From assembly GCA_963668315.1 (NCBI GenBank), contig OY764216.1, forward strand, positions 1,856,001 through 1,920,000: a stretch of 64,000 bases of DNA, given 5' to 3'. Below are positions 40,121 to 49,802 of this stretch, piece by piece. Source of the DNA: Spirochaetia bacterium. Its GTDB lineage: Bacteria > Spirochaetota > Spirochaetia > DSM-2461. The notes below the pieces were generated by a model that made no database searches, was not told the DNA's origin, and worked only from the letters and a program-made list of their open reading frames with translations. Position numbers and translations under genes: made by a program. The number at the start of each line of letters is the position of its first letter. Within the stretch, counting starts at the first letter, position 1.

Positions 40121-41119
40121 ATGCCTTTGTTTGAAAGTTACGAAAGACGTATTAAACAGATCGATGCCCTCTGCGCCAAGTACGGTATCAAAAACATTGA
40201 AGAAGCCAACGAAATCTGCAAAGAGAAGGGCCTGGACATTTACAATCTGGTAAAAGAGATTCAGCCCATCGCTTTCGAGAATGCTTCCTGGGCCTATATC
40301 CTGGGTGCCGCCTGCGCTATCAAGAAGGGCGAGACCAAGGCCGCCGATGTTGCCAAAACCCTGGGAGAGGGCCTTCAGGCTTTCTGTATCCCCGGATCCG
40401 TTGCAGACGACAGAAAAGTAGGTCTCGGACACGGTAACCTGGCATCCATGCTTCTGCTGGAAGAGACCAAATGTTTCGCCTTCCTTGCCGGTCACGAATC
40501 TTTCGCCGCCGCCGAAGGTGCCATCGGTCTGGCCCGTTCCGCCAATAAGGCCCGTAAAGAACCCCTCCGGGTTATCCTGAACGGTCTGGGAAAGGACGCT
40601 GCCTACCTTATCTCCCGCATTAACGGGTTTACCCATGTGGAAACCAAATTCGATTACGCCACCGGTGAAGTCAAAATCGTTAAAGAGACTGCTTTCTCCG
40701 AAGGGGAAAGGGCCAAAGTACGCTGTTACGGCGCCGATGATGTTCGCGAAGGTGTCGCTATCCTGCACCTGGAGAAGGTTGACGTTTCCATTACCGGAAA
40801 CTCCACCAACCCCACCCGGTTCCAGCACCCCGTTGCCGGTACTTACAAGAAAGAGTGTATCGAACAGGGCAAGAAGTACTTCTCCGTCGCTTCCGGCGGC
40901 GGTACGGGCAGAACTCTCCATCCCGATAACATGGCCGCCGGTCCCGCCTCCTACGGTATGACCGACACCATGGGAAGAATGCACTCCGACGCCCAGTTTG
41001 CCGGATCTTCCTCCGTTCCCGCCCACGTGGAAATGATGGGTCTTATCGGTATGGGTAACAATCCCATGGTAGGAGCTTCCGTAGCTGTTGCCGTTGCCGT
41101 TGAATTGGCTATGAAATAA
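40121..41119 (+). CDS. GGGtGRT family protein (function unknown)
   Basis: Literal SGGGTGRTLHPDN motif; FLAGHESFAAAEG, GNSTNPTRFQH, GRMHSDAQFAG. Confidence 0.93.
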   Translation: MPLFESYERRIKQIDALCAKYGIKNIEEANEICKEKGLDIYNLVKEIQPIAFENASWAYILGAACAIKKGETKAADVAKTLGEGLQAFCIPGSVADDRKVGLGHGNLASMLLLEETKCFAFLAGHESFAAAEGAIGLARSANKARKEPLRVILNGLGKDAAYLISRINGFTHVETKFDYATGEVKIVKETAFSEGERAKVRCYGADDVREGVAILHLEKVDVSITGNSTNPTRFQHPVAGTYKKECIEQGKKYFSVASGGGTGRTLHPDNMAAGPASYGMTDTMGRMHSDAQFAGSSSVPAHVEMMGLIGMGNNPMVGASVAVAVAVELAMK

Positions 41120-41138
41120 AATATTCCTCCGGGAATTG

Positions 41139-41170
41139 AAAGGGGCCGTCCTCAGGGGCGGCCTTTTTTT
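41139..41170 (+). terminator. Rho-independent terminator after GGGtGRT
   Basis: GGGCCGTCC-TCAG-GGGCGGCCT plus T run. Confidence 0.88.
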
Positions 41171-41256
41171 TGATTAATTCTGTTTTCCTGAACAAACCCT
41201 CTGAAAAAGAAGAAATAATGGAAGAAATATTCTACAATAGGAGGGGGACGTTTTCG

Positions 41257-43338
41257 GTGAGAAAAAGAACGGAATACAGTATCTATCTTGTACTATCAGC
41301 TCTTCTCGTTTTTATCCAGCTTTTCATAGCACACTATTCCAACAGGCGGATAGACGAGGAAATAGCCTATCATGGGAAAGCTCTGTCCTCCTATGCCTGG
41401 GAACTGGATTATCAGGGTGTGAAGCAGTATATGTCTCTGGCTGTAAACAGTTACGCCTACGGGCGGGCCCGGTTTTTTGATATGAGCACCAACAGGATAC
41501 AGGGCGACGTTTCGGGGAAAAAACCGAACCGGATCGACTCTTTTCTCATGGAGCTGGGGGTTCTCCGCTCAACCGAGAAGGAGGTCGAGCTTTTTCACGG
41601 GGACGAACTCATAGGTATCCTCACCATAGAGAGTTACAATCGCTATGTTTACTGGCAGTTTTATCTTTTCCTTGTGTATATTCTCGTTTTTTTCATTACC
41701 TATCTGATCATGAATCTCGCCCGGGCGCGGCAGTTTCTCGAGGAACGGGTCAAGCTGAGGACGGCGGATCTTGAGGAGGAAGTCAACAGCCGGCTTAAGG
41801 CCGAAGAGAACCTCAGAATGACCCTTGACTCCATAGGGGAAGGTGTTATCTCCACCGACCGGGATGGCATTATTACCGGAATAAATCCCGTTGCCAGGCA
41901 GATGATAAACATCAGCCTCAAGGACGCGATAGGACGTCTGCTGGAAGACGTTCTTGATATCAGGAACGACGAGATGGGAAGTAAAAGAGAAAATCCCTTC
42001 CGGGATATTCTGGAGATGGGATCCCTCAACCATGTAAAGGGCCACTCCCGGACCCTGGTTTCCCGTTCCGGGGAGAAATATCTTATTGTCGAGTCGGGGA
42101 CGCCGATCCGGTCCCAGAAGGGTGAATTGATGGGTATCGTTCTCGTTATCCGTGATATGACCGGGGAATTTAAACTTCAGAAACAGCTTGAGCATAGTCA
42201 GCGCATGGATGCGGTCGGCCAGCTCGCCGGGGGAATCGCCCATGACTTCAACAATATGCTCGGGGGGATTCTGGGTTCCTCCGAATTGCTGGAGAGTTAT
42301 ATAGGGGATAACGATATGGCCGTGCAGATGAACCGTCTTATCCATGAGACGACGGAGAGGGCCGCTGAACTGACCCGCCAGCTGCTGGCCTTTTCCCGGA
42401 AGGGTGGGATTGAGCACACTCCCGTGGATCTTCACGACGTCATCGCCGCCACGGCCTCTTTGCTGGAGAGGACGATCGACCGGCGCATAGAAATCCATAT
42501 AGACCTGAAAGCAGAACATTCTGAAATTTTCGGCGATTCATCCATGATTCAGAACGTGATAATCAATCTGGGAATAAACGCCTCCCATGCCATCGCGGGC
42601 AGCGGGAACCTGTCCCTGAGTACGAGAAATACCTACTTTGACGAAGACTATTGCCGCTCGAGTCCCTTTGAAATTGAACCGGGCGCCTATTTGGAACTTG
42701 CCGTGGAGGACGACGGTTCCGGGATGTCCGAAGAGGTAAAGAACCATATTTTCGAACCTTTCTTCACCACCAAGACTCAGGGAAAAGGAACGGGCCTGGG
42801 ACTCGCCATGGTTTACGGTACGGTTAAGCAGCATCAGGGGGAGATCCGTGTTTACAGTGAAGTGGGTAAGGGGACTTCCTTCATTCTCTCCTTTCCCCTT
42901 TTGGAGATCAGCAGTCAGAAGAAGGTTACCGATGAGGTTACTCCTCCCCCCGGGACAGAAACGATTCTTGTCGTTGACGACATTGATATCATGCGTCTGA
43001 CGGCCAGGGGCTATCTGGAAGAGGCGGGATATACTGTTATCACCGCAGAAGACGGATACGAGGCCATTGATATCTTTTCCCGGGATCCCTCGGGAATTGA
43101 TCTTGTTATCGTGGATATGATTATGCCCCGTATGAGCGGGAAAGAGTGCTTTTTTGAGTTGCGGAAGATTTCTCCCTCCCTTCCTGTGATTCTTTCTTCC
43201 GGTTTTGTCAATAACGATGATTTCAGGATCATGAAACTCAAGGGATTAAGCGGCAGTATAAGCAAACCCTACCGGGGAAGGGAGCTGGTGAAACTGGTGT
43301 ATAACGTGCTGCACAGGGAGAATATCCCGCCTGTTTAG
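41257..43338 (+). CDS. Membrane PAS hybrid histidine kinase (CckA-like architecture)
   Basis: Two TM, PAS (TLDSIGEGVI), AHDFNN, EPFFTTK, GTGLGL, receiver VDD...DMIMP; GTG after GGAGG. Confidence 0.92.
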   Translation: MRKRTEYSIYLVLSALLVFIQLFIAHYSNRRIDEEIAYHGKALSSYAWELDYQGVKQYMSLAVNSYAYGRARFFDMSTNRIQGDVSGKKPNRIDSFLMELGVLRSTEKEVELFHGDELIGILTIESYNRYVYWQFYLFLVYILVFFITYLIMNLARARQFLEERVKLRTADLEEEVNSRLKAEENLRMTLDSIGEGVISTDRDGIITGINPVARQMINISLKDAIGRLLEDVLDIRNDEMGSKRENPFRDILEMGSLNHVKGHSRTLVSRSGEKYLIVESGTPIRSQKGELMGIVLVIRDMTGEFKLQKQLEHSQRMDAVGQLAGGIAHDFNNMLGGILGSSELLESYIGDNDMAVQMNRLIHETTERAAELTRQLLAFSRKGGIEHTPVDLHDVIAATASLLERTIDRRIEIHIDLKAEHSEIFGDSSMIQNVIINLGINASHAIAGSGNLSLSTRNTYFDEDYCRSSPFEIEPGAYLELAVEDDGSGMSEEVKNHIFEPFFTTKTQGKGTGLGLAMVYGTVKQHQGEIRVYSEVGKGTSFILSFPLLEISSQKKVTDEVTPPPGTETILVVDDIDIMRLTARGYLEEAGYTVITAEDGYEAIDIFSRDPSGIDLVIVDMIMPRMSGKECFFELRKISPSLPVILSSGFVNNDDFRIMKLKGLSGSISKPYRGRELVKLVYNVLHRENIPPV

Positions 43339-44555
43339 GAACCGTTCCGCATCTCGGAACTAAGTTTTTCGAACAGCTCTTTGTTTTCAAGAAAAATATC
43401 CACGATAAACGGATCAAAGTGTCTGCCCCTTTCGCGGGAGATGATGCCGATCGCCTCCTCGGTAGAATAGGCCTCTTTGTAGGGCCTTTTATGGGTCAGG
43501 GCATCATAGACGTCGGTCAGGGCGACTATCCTGGCCGAAAGGGGAATCTTCTCCCCCGCCAGGCCTTCGGGGTAGCCGCTGCCGTCCCATCTCTCGTGGT
43601 GATGGGTGGCAATTTCCTTTCCCAGTTTATAGAGGGAACGGCCCTGGATGTTTTTCTCTATCTCGCCGATAACGTCGGAGCCGTAAAGGGGATGCTTCTT
43701 TATTTCATGGAATTCCTCTTCCGTCAGAGAATCGGGCTTAAGGAGAATGTCATCCTGAATCCCCACCTTTCCTATATCATGCAGAATGGCTGACATGGAT
43801 ATGTCCCATACATAGTCATCGGTAATGTAATCGCTGTATTTTTCTGTGGATTTTAGAAGTTCGGCCAGATTCATGGTAAAGGATCGTATCCTTTGAAGAT
43901 GCTCTCCCGTATCGGTGTCCCGGTATTCCGCCAGTTTGGCAAGGCCTATGATGGTTGCCCGCCTTGTTTCATCCGATTGGGTGAGAATCTTCTTATTCAC
44001 CCGTATATAGGTGATGTTGGTTATAACTATGACGATGTTCAGCAGAATGAAGTTTACCGTTCTGGCCATCCATATCTTCTCCGAGTATACGACTTCATAG
44101 TCGGCGAGGAGATTGAGTTTGTAGAGAAGAATGAACGCCAAATGGCTCAGAATATTAATGATCAGGGTGGTAACGGAGGCTTTTTCTCCCAGGGTAAGAC
44201 CGCCAATCAGGGAGAAGGCCAGGAGCCAAAGGTTACCCGCTCCCACCGGACCCAGGGCGTAAATTAGGATTATTCCCAGAACATAGAAGAGGGCCGTGCT
44301 CCCCACCGCCTTGACTTTCAGGGGGATTCTCCTGCAGAAGGTGAAAATCAGGATGACAACATAGGCTGCCGTATCCAGGATAATGATATCGTGCAAACCA
44401 TCGATATAAGCCAGGTAGACCGAGGGGAAGTAGGCTATGGAGCCGAAAATTGTGAAGGAGAGGAATATGGAACGGCAGACTTTTTCAAGCCAGGTATTAA
44501 TTCTGTTGTGGGGAGCAAGTTCCGATGCGAATAGATGTTCTTTTCTTCTTGTCAA
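43335..44555 (-). CDS. Membrane-bound HD-GYP cyclic-di-nucleotide phosphodiesterase
   Basis: About 5 TM helices, TGEHLQR, HDIGK, HHERWDGSGYP, DVYDAL..KRPYK. Confidence 0.92.
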   Translation of the reverse strand: MTRRKEHLFASELAPHNRINTWLEKVCRSIFLSFTIFGSIAYFPSVYLAYIDGLHDIIILDTAAYVVILIFTFCRRIPLKVKAVGSTALFYVLGIILIYALGPVGAGNLWLLAFSLIGGLTLGEKASVTTLIINILSHLAFILLYKLNLLADYEVVYSEKIWMARTVNFILLNIVIVITNITYIRVNKKILTQSDETRRATIIGLAKLAEYRDTDTGEHLQRIRSFTMNLAELLKSTEKYSDYITDDYVWDISMSAILHDIGKVGIQDDILLKPDSLTEEEFHEIKKHPLYGSDVIGEIEKNIQGRSLYKLGKEIATHHHERWDGSGYPEGLAGEKIPLSARIVALTDVYDALTHKRPYKEAYSTEEAIGIISRERGRHFDPFIVDIFLENKELFEKLSSEMRNGS

Positions 44556-44659
44556 AATGTAACCTTTTCTCTATCTGAAATACTAGTTCATCCGCGGCCT
44601 CAATACAAGAAAAATAACAGATAGGAAAAGGATGGCCCCCGGGGAGGGGACCAGGGGAA

Positions 44660-45349
44660 TCATCCTTTCCAGAGGTTCAGTACTTCCAGGCGGGCTCCTT
44701 TGGGATTGTCGGAGTGTTCTCCCTCTCCGCAGCTGTACTCGGTGAGTTTTCCGCAGGGCCCGTCAGGACAGCAACCGCAATGGGCGATTCCCCGTTTCCC
44801 CGCGCAGGTCCCCACGGGGCAGCTCCCCCAGAAAGGGTTGCCCCCGCTGTTTAGGCATCCGGGGCAATTGAACTTCTCTCTGAACGAGCAGCGGGAGCAG
44901 TATAGTCCGCAAAATGAATCGACCGTGAAAATGTCTTCCCGGTTCAGATGGAACGGCTCACCCTCCAGCCACAGTGAGATCCGTTCCGTGGTGAACCGGA
45001 AAAGAGTGAACTCCTCTCCTTCCGGACCGCCGGGAAAATGCCTCTCAAACCAGTCCAGCCAGCGGGCCCGCTTGATCACCTTATCGGTAATCTCCTCAGT
45101 TATCCCGGAAAAGGTCACGTTATGCCGGTCGTGGGGGAACGTCAGGCCGGTTCTGCCGTTTGCTGCGATCCTCCTGTGCAGGTTGCCTCCCCGGTCGCTG
45201 GAAAAATACACCTCCCCGATTGTCGTCGGGTGGATAAGCGACCTCTGGGAGACATGGGGATAACCCTCTTCGTCAAGAACGGCCACAGCGGCTTCGCTGG
45301 TCTTATTGATAATATCGCCGACCCTTTTCAGGGCGTTATGAAGTTCCAT
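44660..45349 (-). CDS. Pyridoxamine 5'-phosphate oxidase-like flavin-binding domain fused to a Cys-rich DUF3795-like domain
   Basis: N-terminal split-barrel (DEEGYP, W..WF..HFPGGP); C-terminal CGLYCSRC...CPGC...C...C...HCGCC...PC. Confidence 0.78.
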   Translation of the reverse strand: MELHNALKRVGDIINKTSEAAVAVLDEEGYPHVSQRSLIHPTTIGEVYFSSDRGGNLHRRIAANGRTGLTFPHDRHNVTFSGITEEITDKVIKRARWLDWFERHFPGGPEGEEFTLFRFTTERISLWLEGEPFHLNREDIFTVDSFCGLYCSRCSFREKFNCPGCLNSGGNPFWGSCPVGTCAGKRGIAHCGCCPDGPCGKLTEYSCGEGEHSDNPKGARLEVLNLWKG

Positions 45350-45391
45350 GGAATCTCCTTAATGCAAATCTGGATACAGAATAGCCCTCGT

Positions 45392-45415
45392 AACATGACA
45401 ACGGAATGTCATGTT
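45392..45415. promoter_or_regulatory. Palindromic operator AACATGACA-N6-TGTCATGTT, candidate WYL/YafY regulator site
   Basis: Perfect 9-bp inverted repeat between the WYL gene and the downstream gene. Confidence 0.7.
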
Positions 45416-46200
45416 TCAGGAGAAAAATACATTTTTTCCAGGGATTTAAGGGAGCTCTTCACTTCTTCCCTCAATTCGGCCGGTTCCAGGACTTCCGCCT
45501 CTTCGCCGAATCCCATTACCCATCTTTTCATGTAGGAGTAGTTTGCGAAGGCTTTTTCAAAATAGATTTTATCCCCCATGGTTTTCTCCAGGGCGGAGGG
45601 GCCGTACTCTTCGACCAGATACCCTGCGGCGGAATTTTTGAAAAGGGCCTTAAGGAGATAATTGTCGGAAAATATTCCTACCGCCTTCCCTTCGGGAGGG
45701 CAGGGGGGAGGAGGGGGAGCATCCCCGTCCAGAGTTTCCGGATTCCACAGCCGGTTCAGTTTATAGAGGCGGTAGGCCTGCCTTTCCCGGCAGAAACCCC
45801 TCATATACCATGTCCCCCAGCGGAAGATAATGCGCAGGGGGTGTACCCTCTTCTCCGAGATTCCCCTGTCGGAATAGTAGGTAAACCGTATGTCTCTTTT
45901 TTTCCGGCACGCTTCCTGTATGAGGGCAATTTTCGGTTTCTGGCTGTCCCCGTAGAAGGAGTGGAGATCCATCTCGTCAGCCGGAAAGAGGCCCCTCTCC
46001 AGTACGTAGCCCTCGGGGAGGGAGATGCCGCCCCCCTGTCCCCGGGTCGTAATCAGGGGAACGCCGGCCATGCAGAGCGCTTCCATATCCCGGTTGACCG
46101 TTCGGCGGGAAACCTCGAGATGTTCGGCCAGCTCAGGAGCGGTGGCCTTTCCATGGCGGCACAGATAAATAAGCACGGCGAGCTGTCTTTCCCTCTTCAT
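45409..46200 (-). CDS. YafY-family HTH-WYL transcriptional regulator (short linker)
   Basis: TAPELAEHLEVSRRTVNRD, GQGGG, WYMRGFC..RQAYRLYKLNR, EVLEPAELR. Confidence 0.9.
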   Translation of the reverse strand: MKRERQLAVLIYLCRHGKATAPELAEHLEVSRRTVNRDMEALCMAGVPLITTRGQGGGISLPEGYVLERGLFPADEMDLHSFYGDSQKPKIALIQEACRKKRDIRFTYYSDRGISEKRVHPLRIIFRWGTWYMRGFCRERQAYRLYKLNRLWNPETLDGDAPPPPPCPPEGKAVGIFSDNYLLKALFKNSAAGYLVEEYGPSALEKTMGDKIYFEKAFANYSYMKRWVMGFGEEAEVLEPAELREEVKSSLKSLEKMYFSPET

Positions 46201-46356
46201 GAACCTGATCATAGAATCATATTCATCTGTGATCAAGTCTTTCTATTTCTATGTAGAAACTACGGAAAAGTAGGAATCTTCGAATAAACTCACCCCCATG
46301 TGGGATCATTACGAAAAAAATAGTATATATAGGGATTTTCGACATGATTTCTGATA

Positions 46357-46372
46357 TGGCACGTTATTTGCA
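46357..46372 (+). promoter_or_regulatory. sigma54 (-24/-12) promoter of the amino acid ABC operon
   Basis: TGGCACGTTATTTGCA, matching consensus TGGCAC-N5-TTGC. Confidence 0.85.
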
Positions 46373-46410
46373 ATTATAAATTGCAAATTAAAATATTTTT
46401 GGAGAGAAAT

Positions 46411-47499
46411 ATGTCAACAAAAACAAAATGTAAACTTTCGGCGGCCGCTGTACTGCTGGCCCTGCTGACCACGTTTACCATGTCCTGCGGATCCAGCGAA
46501 ACCGCTGCCGCTCCCGAAGCTTCCGCCCCTGCTGCGGTAGAGACAAAATCCACCCTTGATCTCGTGAAAGAAAGGGGTAAGCTTGTCCTTGGTGTTACCG
46601 CCGGTGTTCCCGGTTATTCCGCTCCCGATTCAGAAGGCGTATGGCAGGGTTTTGATGTAGATCTGGGCCGGGCCGTTGCCGCCGCCGTTCTGGGCGATCC
46701 CGATGCCGTTGAGTGCCGTCCCCTCAGTGCCAAGGAGAGATTTACCGCGCTGCAGTCCGGCGAAATTGATCTTCTCTGCCGCGTTACCACCTGGACCGCT
46801 ACCAGAGACGGTGACCTGGGTGTAAACTTCGCCGGTGTCAACTACTACGACGGTCAGGGTTTCATGGTTGCCAAAGATTCGGGCATCAAAACTCTCGCCG
46901 ATCTCGACGGCGCTACCATTGCCGTACAGTCCGGTACCACCACCGAGCTCAACCTGTCCGACTATTTCAGAAAGAACGGCATGGAGCTGGAACTGATTAC
47001 CTTTGAAAAGAACGACCAGGCCGCCGCCGCTCTCGAAGCGGGACGTGCCGATGCGGTTACTTCCGACTCTTCCCAGCTTTACGCTCTCAGAACCAAGTTC
47101 CAGAATCCCGAAAACTTTGACCTGGTTCCCGAGCTGATCTCCAAAGAGCCCCTCGGACCCGTTGTCAGAGAGGGTGACGATCAGTGGCTCGATATCGTAA
47201 CCTGGTCTTTCATGACCATGCTCAACGCCGAAGAGTACGGTGTTACTTCCGCCAACGTTGATGATATGAAAGCTTCCAGCGACAATCCCAACGTAAAGAG
47301 AATGCTCGGTGTTGAAGGCGATGTCTGGGACAAGTTCGGTCTTTCCGACGATGCGGGCTACAACATTGTCAAGATGGTCGGAAACTACGGCGAAAGCTTC
47401 GATAGAAACCTGGGAGCCGGTTCTCCTCTTAATATCTCCCGCGGCTACAATGCACTCTGGACCGATGGCGGTCTCCAGTACGGTATGCCCATCCGATAG
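46411..47499 (+). CDS. General L-amino acid ABC transporter substrate-binding lipoprotein (AapJ/BztA-like)
   Basis: Lipoprotein signal (TMSC), GFDVD, ERFTALQSGEID, YYDGQGF, ISKEPLGP, VGNYGE. Confidence 0.93.
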   Translation: MSTKTKCKLSAAAVLLALLTTFTMSCGSSETAAAPEASAPAAVETKSTLDLVKERGKLVLGVTAGVPGYSAPDSEGVWQGFDVDLGRAVAAAVLGDPDAVECRPLSAKERFTALQSGEIDLLCRVTTWTATRDGDLGVNFAGVNYYDGQGFMVAKDSGIKTLADLDGATIAVQSGTTTELNLSDYFRKNGMELELITFEKNDQAAAALEAGRADAVTSDSSQLYALRTKFQNPENFDLVPELISKEPLGPVVREGDDQWLDIVTWSFMTMLNAEEYGVTSANVDDMKASSDNPNVKRMLGVEGDVWDKFGLSDDAGYNIVKMVGNYGESFDRNLGAGSPLNISRGYNALWTDGGLQYGMPIR

Positions 47500-47566
47500 G
47501 GAGGTATGAATTACGGGACGGCCCGCAGCGACCGTCCCTCTAGCACCAGCAACAGGTTGAATAACA

Positions 47567-48736
47567 ATGAACAGAACTAAAGTAAAAAATCTGACAATCC
47601 AAACGGTCCTTATCGCTGTTCTCCTTGGGATCTTTGTTATTTTCGGTTTTAACTACATAAGAAATATTAATCAGAGAAATATTGGTATCGGTTTCGATTT
47701 TTTAAACGATACGGCCGGTTTTTCCATCAGCCAGACCCTGATTTCCTATACGGAAGCGGATACTTTCGGAAGAACATTCGTCATTGGACTACTGAATACT
47801 TTACTTGCCTCTATCATCAGTATCCTCCTGGCCACACTCCTGGGGTTTGTCATCGGACTTATGCGAATGTCCAATAACAAGCTTATCAGCAGAACGGCCC
47901 TTGTCTACGTGGAGGCCCTGAGAAACATTCCGCCCCTTCTTCATGTGCTTTTCTGGTATCAGGTCGTGTTCCTGAATGTACTGCCCCCTTTCAAGGAGTC
48001 CTTCAAAGTGGGGGAATGGCTTTACGTTAACGTAAGAGGCATTACCATGCCCTCCTTTACCCCCCAGGAAGGTTCCATTACCTTTCATATTCTCATCTTC
48101 ATCTGTCTCGCAGCGATCATCTATCTGGGAGTCATGAAGAAGCAGATGGTGCTTCGGGGCGTCCACAAGACCATATGGCCCTGGCAGATCCTCCTTGTCC
48201 TTATCCCGGTCGTCTATGCCTGGATCGTGAAACCCTACTACATGACGCTGCCCCAGATCACCAAGTTTAAATTTTCAAGCGGCATGACCATCAGGCCGGA
48301 GCTTTTCTCCGTCGTAGTCGCCATGGGGACCTATACATCCACCTATATTTCGGAAATCGTGCGCAGTTCCATACTCGCCGTACCGAAGGGCCAGCTGGAA
48401 GCGGGAAAAAGCCTGGGCTTCTCCCCCTACAGAAGGCTGCAGCTGATTATCATTCCCCAGGCCATGAGGACGATGATTCCTCCCGTGACGAATCAGTATT
48501 TGAATATTATCAAGAATACCTCTCTGGGAATGGCCGTGGCCTATCCCGACCTGACTTCCGTTTTCGCCGGAACCACCCTGAATCAGACGGGCCGCGCCCT
48601 GGAAGTCATGTCTCTGGTTATGGTCACCTATCTTTCCATCAGCCTGGTAACCTCCCTTCTCATGAACTGGTACAACCGTTCCATTATCGACAGGAAGGGG
48701 GACATGATCAAAAAGGAGGATATTCCCGTTGAGTAA
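47567..48736 (+). CDS. Amino acid ABC transporter permease (AapQ-like)
   Basis: GLLNTL, RNIPPL, EIVRS...VPKGQLEA, NQYLNIIKNTSL. Confidence 0.92.
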   Translation: MNRTKVKNLTIQTVLIAVLLGIFVIFGFNYIRNINQRNIGIGFDFLNDTAGFSISQTLISYTEADTFGRTFVIGLLNTLLASIISILLATLLGFVIGLMRMSNNKLISRTALVYVEALRNIPPLLHVLFWYQVVFLNVLPPFKESFKVGEWLYVNVRGITMPSFTPQEGSITFHILIFICLAAIIYLGVMKKQMVLRGVHKTIWPWQILLVLIPVVYAWIVKPYYMTLPQITKFKFSSGMTIRPELFSVVVAMGTYTSTYISEIVRSSILAVPKGQLEAGKSLGFSPYRRLQLIIIPQAMRTMIPPVTNQYLNIIKNTSLGMAVAYPDLTSVFAGTTLNQTGRALEVMSLVMVTYLSISLVTSLLMNWYNRSIIDRKGDMIKKEDIPVE

Positions 48737-49802
48737 CAAAGTTAAAGATAAAATAATCTCAATCAGAAAGGATTATTTCAATACACCGGTCAATGCCGTT
48801 CTCTCGCTCCTCATGCTCTATGTGCTGGTCCGATTTGCCGTCTGGTTCGTTAACTGGGCCTTCATCAACGCCGTCTGGACCGGAGAGACCCGGGATGTGG
48901 CACAGCCGGGGGGCGCCACCTGGGCCTTCATTATCGCCAAGATCCGTTTCTTCCTCTTCGGTTTCTACCCTAAGAAGCATATCTGGCGGATCGTCCTGAC
49001 CTTTGTGCTAATGGGAGCGTCGTTCATTCCCTATTTCCTCAAATCCGTCAAGCATAAGATCCTTGTGTTTGCCGCCCATATGATTCTCTGGCCCCTGCTG
49101 ATCTGGTTTTTCCTATCCGGAGGCGTGGGGCTGGAAAAGATTTCCACCAACGACTGGGGGGGGCTGACCCTTACCTTCATACTTTCCTCCCTGGGACTGC
49201 TTTATTCCTTTCCCATCGGAATACTGCTGGCTTTGGGGCGGAGAAGCGAACTGCCCGTGATCCGCATCCTGAGTACAATCTATATCGAGTGTTTCCGGGG
49301 AATCCCCCTCATCACGATTCTGTTCATGGCTTCCGTGGTTGTTCCCTTTTTCCTGCCGCCCCAGGTCGCGGTGGACAAGATCATCCGGGTCGTTATCGGC
49401 ATGACCTTTTTCCAGTCCGCCTATCTGGCCGAAGTCATCAGGGGAGGGCTTCAGGCCATACCCAAGGGGCAGTATGAAGCGGCCGACGCCCTGGGTTTCA
49501 AATTCGGTCTCCAGCAGTATCTGGTTATTATGCCCCAGGTACTCAAGGTCACCATATCCAATATCGGAGGGATTTCCATCTCCTTTATCAAGGATACCAC
49601 TCTGGTACTGATCATCGGTATGTTCGATCTTCTGGGAATCGTCAGCCCTCTGGCCAGCGACAGCAACTGGCTGGGAATGGAGCCGGAGGGACTTATCTTC
49701 GCCGGGCTTGTCTACTGGGTGATCTGTTTCGCCATTTCCCGGCTGACCTATAAAATCGAGGCGCGGGCCAACACCTTGCCCGCCGTAGGAGTAAAAGCAT
49801 GA
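48729..49802 (+). CDS. Amino acid ABC transporter permease (AapM-like)
   Basis: [46 protein letters not shown]. Confidence 0.92.
   Translation: MSNKVKDKIISIRKDYFNTPVNAVLSLLMLYVLVRFAVWFVNWAFINAVWTGETRDVAQPGGATWAFIIAKIRFFLFGFYPKKHIWRIVLTFVLMGASFIPYFLKSVKHKILVFAAHMILWPLLIWFFLSGGVGLEKISTNDWGGLTLTFILSSLGLLYSFPIGILLALGRRSELPVIRILSTIYIECFRGIPLITILFMASVVVPFFLPPQVAVDKIIRVVIGMTFFQSAYLAEVIRGGLQAIPKGQYEAADALGFKFGLQQYLVIMPQVLKVTISNIGGISISFIKDTTLVLIIGMFDLLGIVSPLASDSNWLGMEPEGLIFAGLVYWVICFAISRLTYKIEARANTLPAVGVKA

Noticed and set aside
44660..46200. Anti-phage defence island suggested by the WYL (and HEPN) genes
   Set aside because: The WYL protein is YafY-type with a stress-type target; no nucleases, RM, CBASS or similar genes are adjacent, and the HEPN-like gene is 7 kb away in a nitrogen context.
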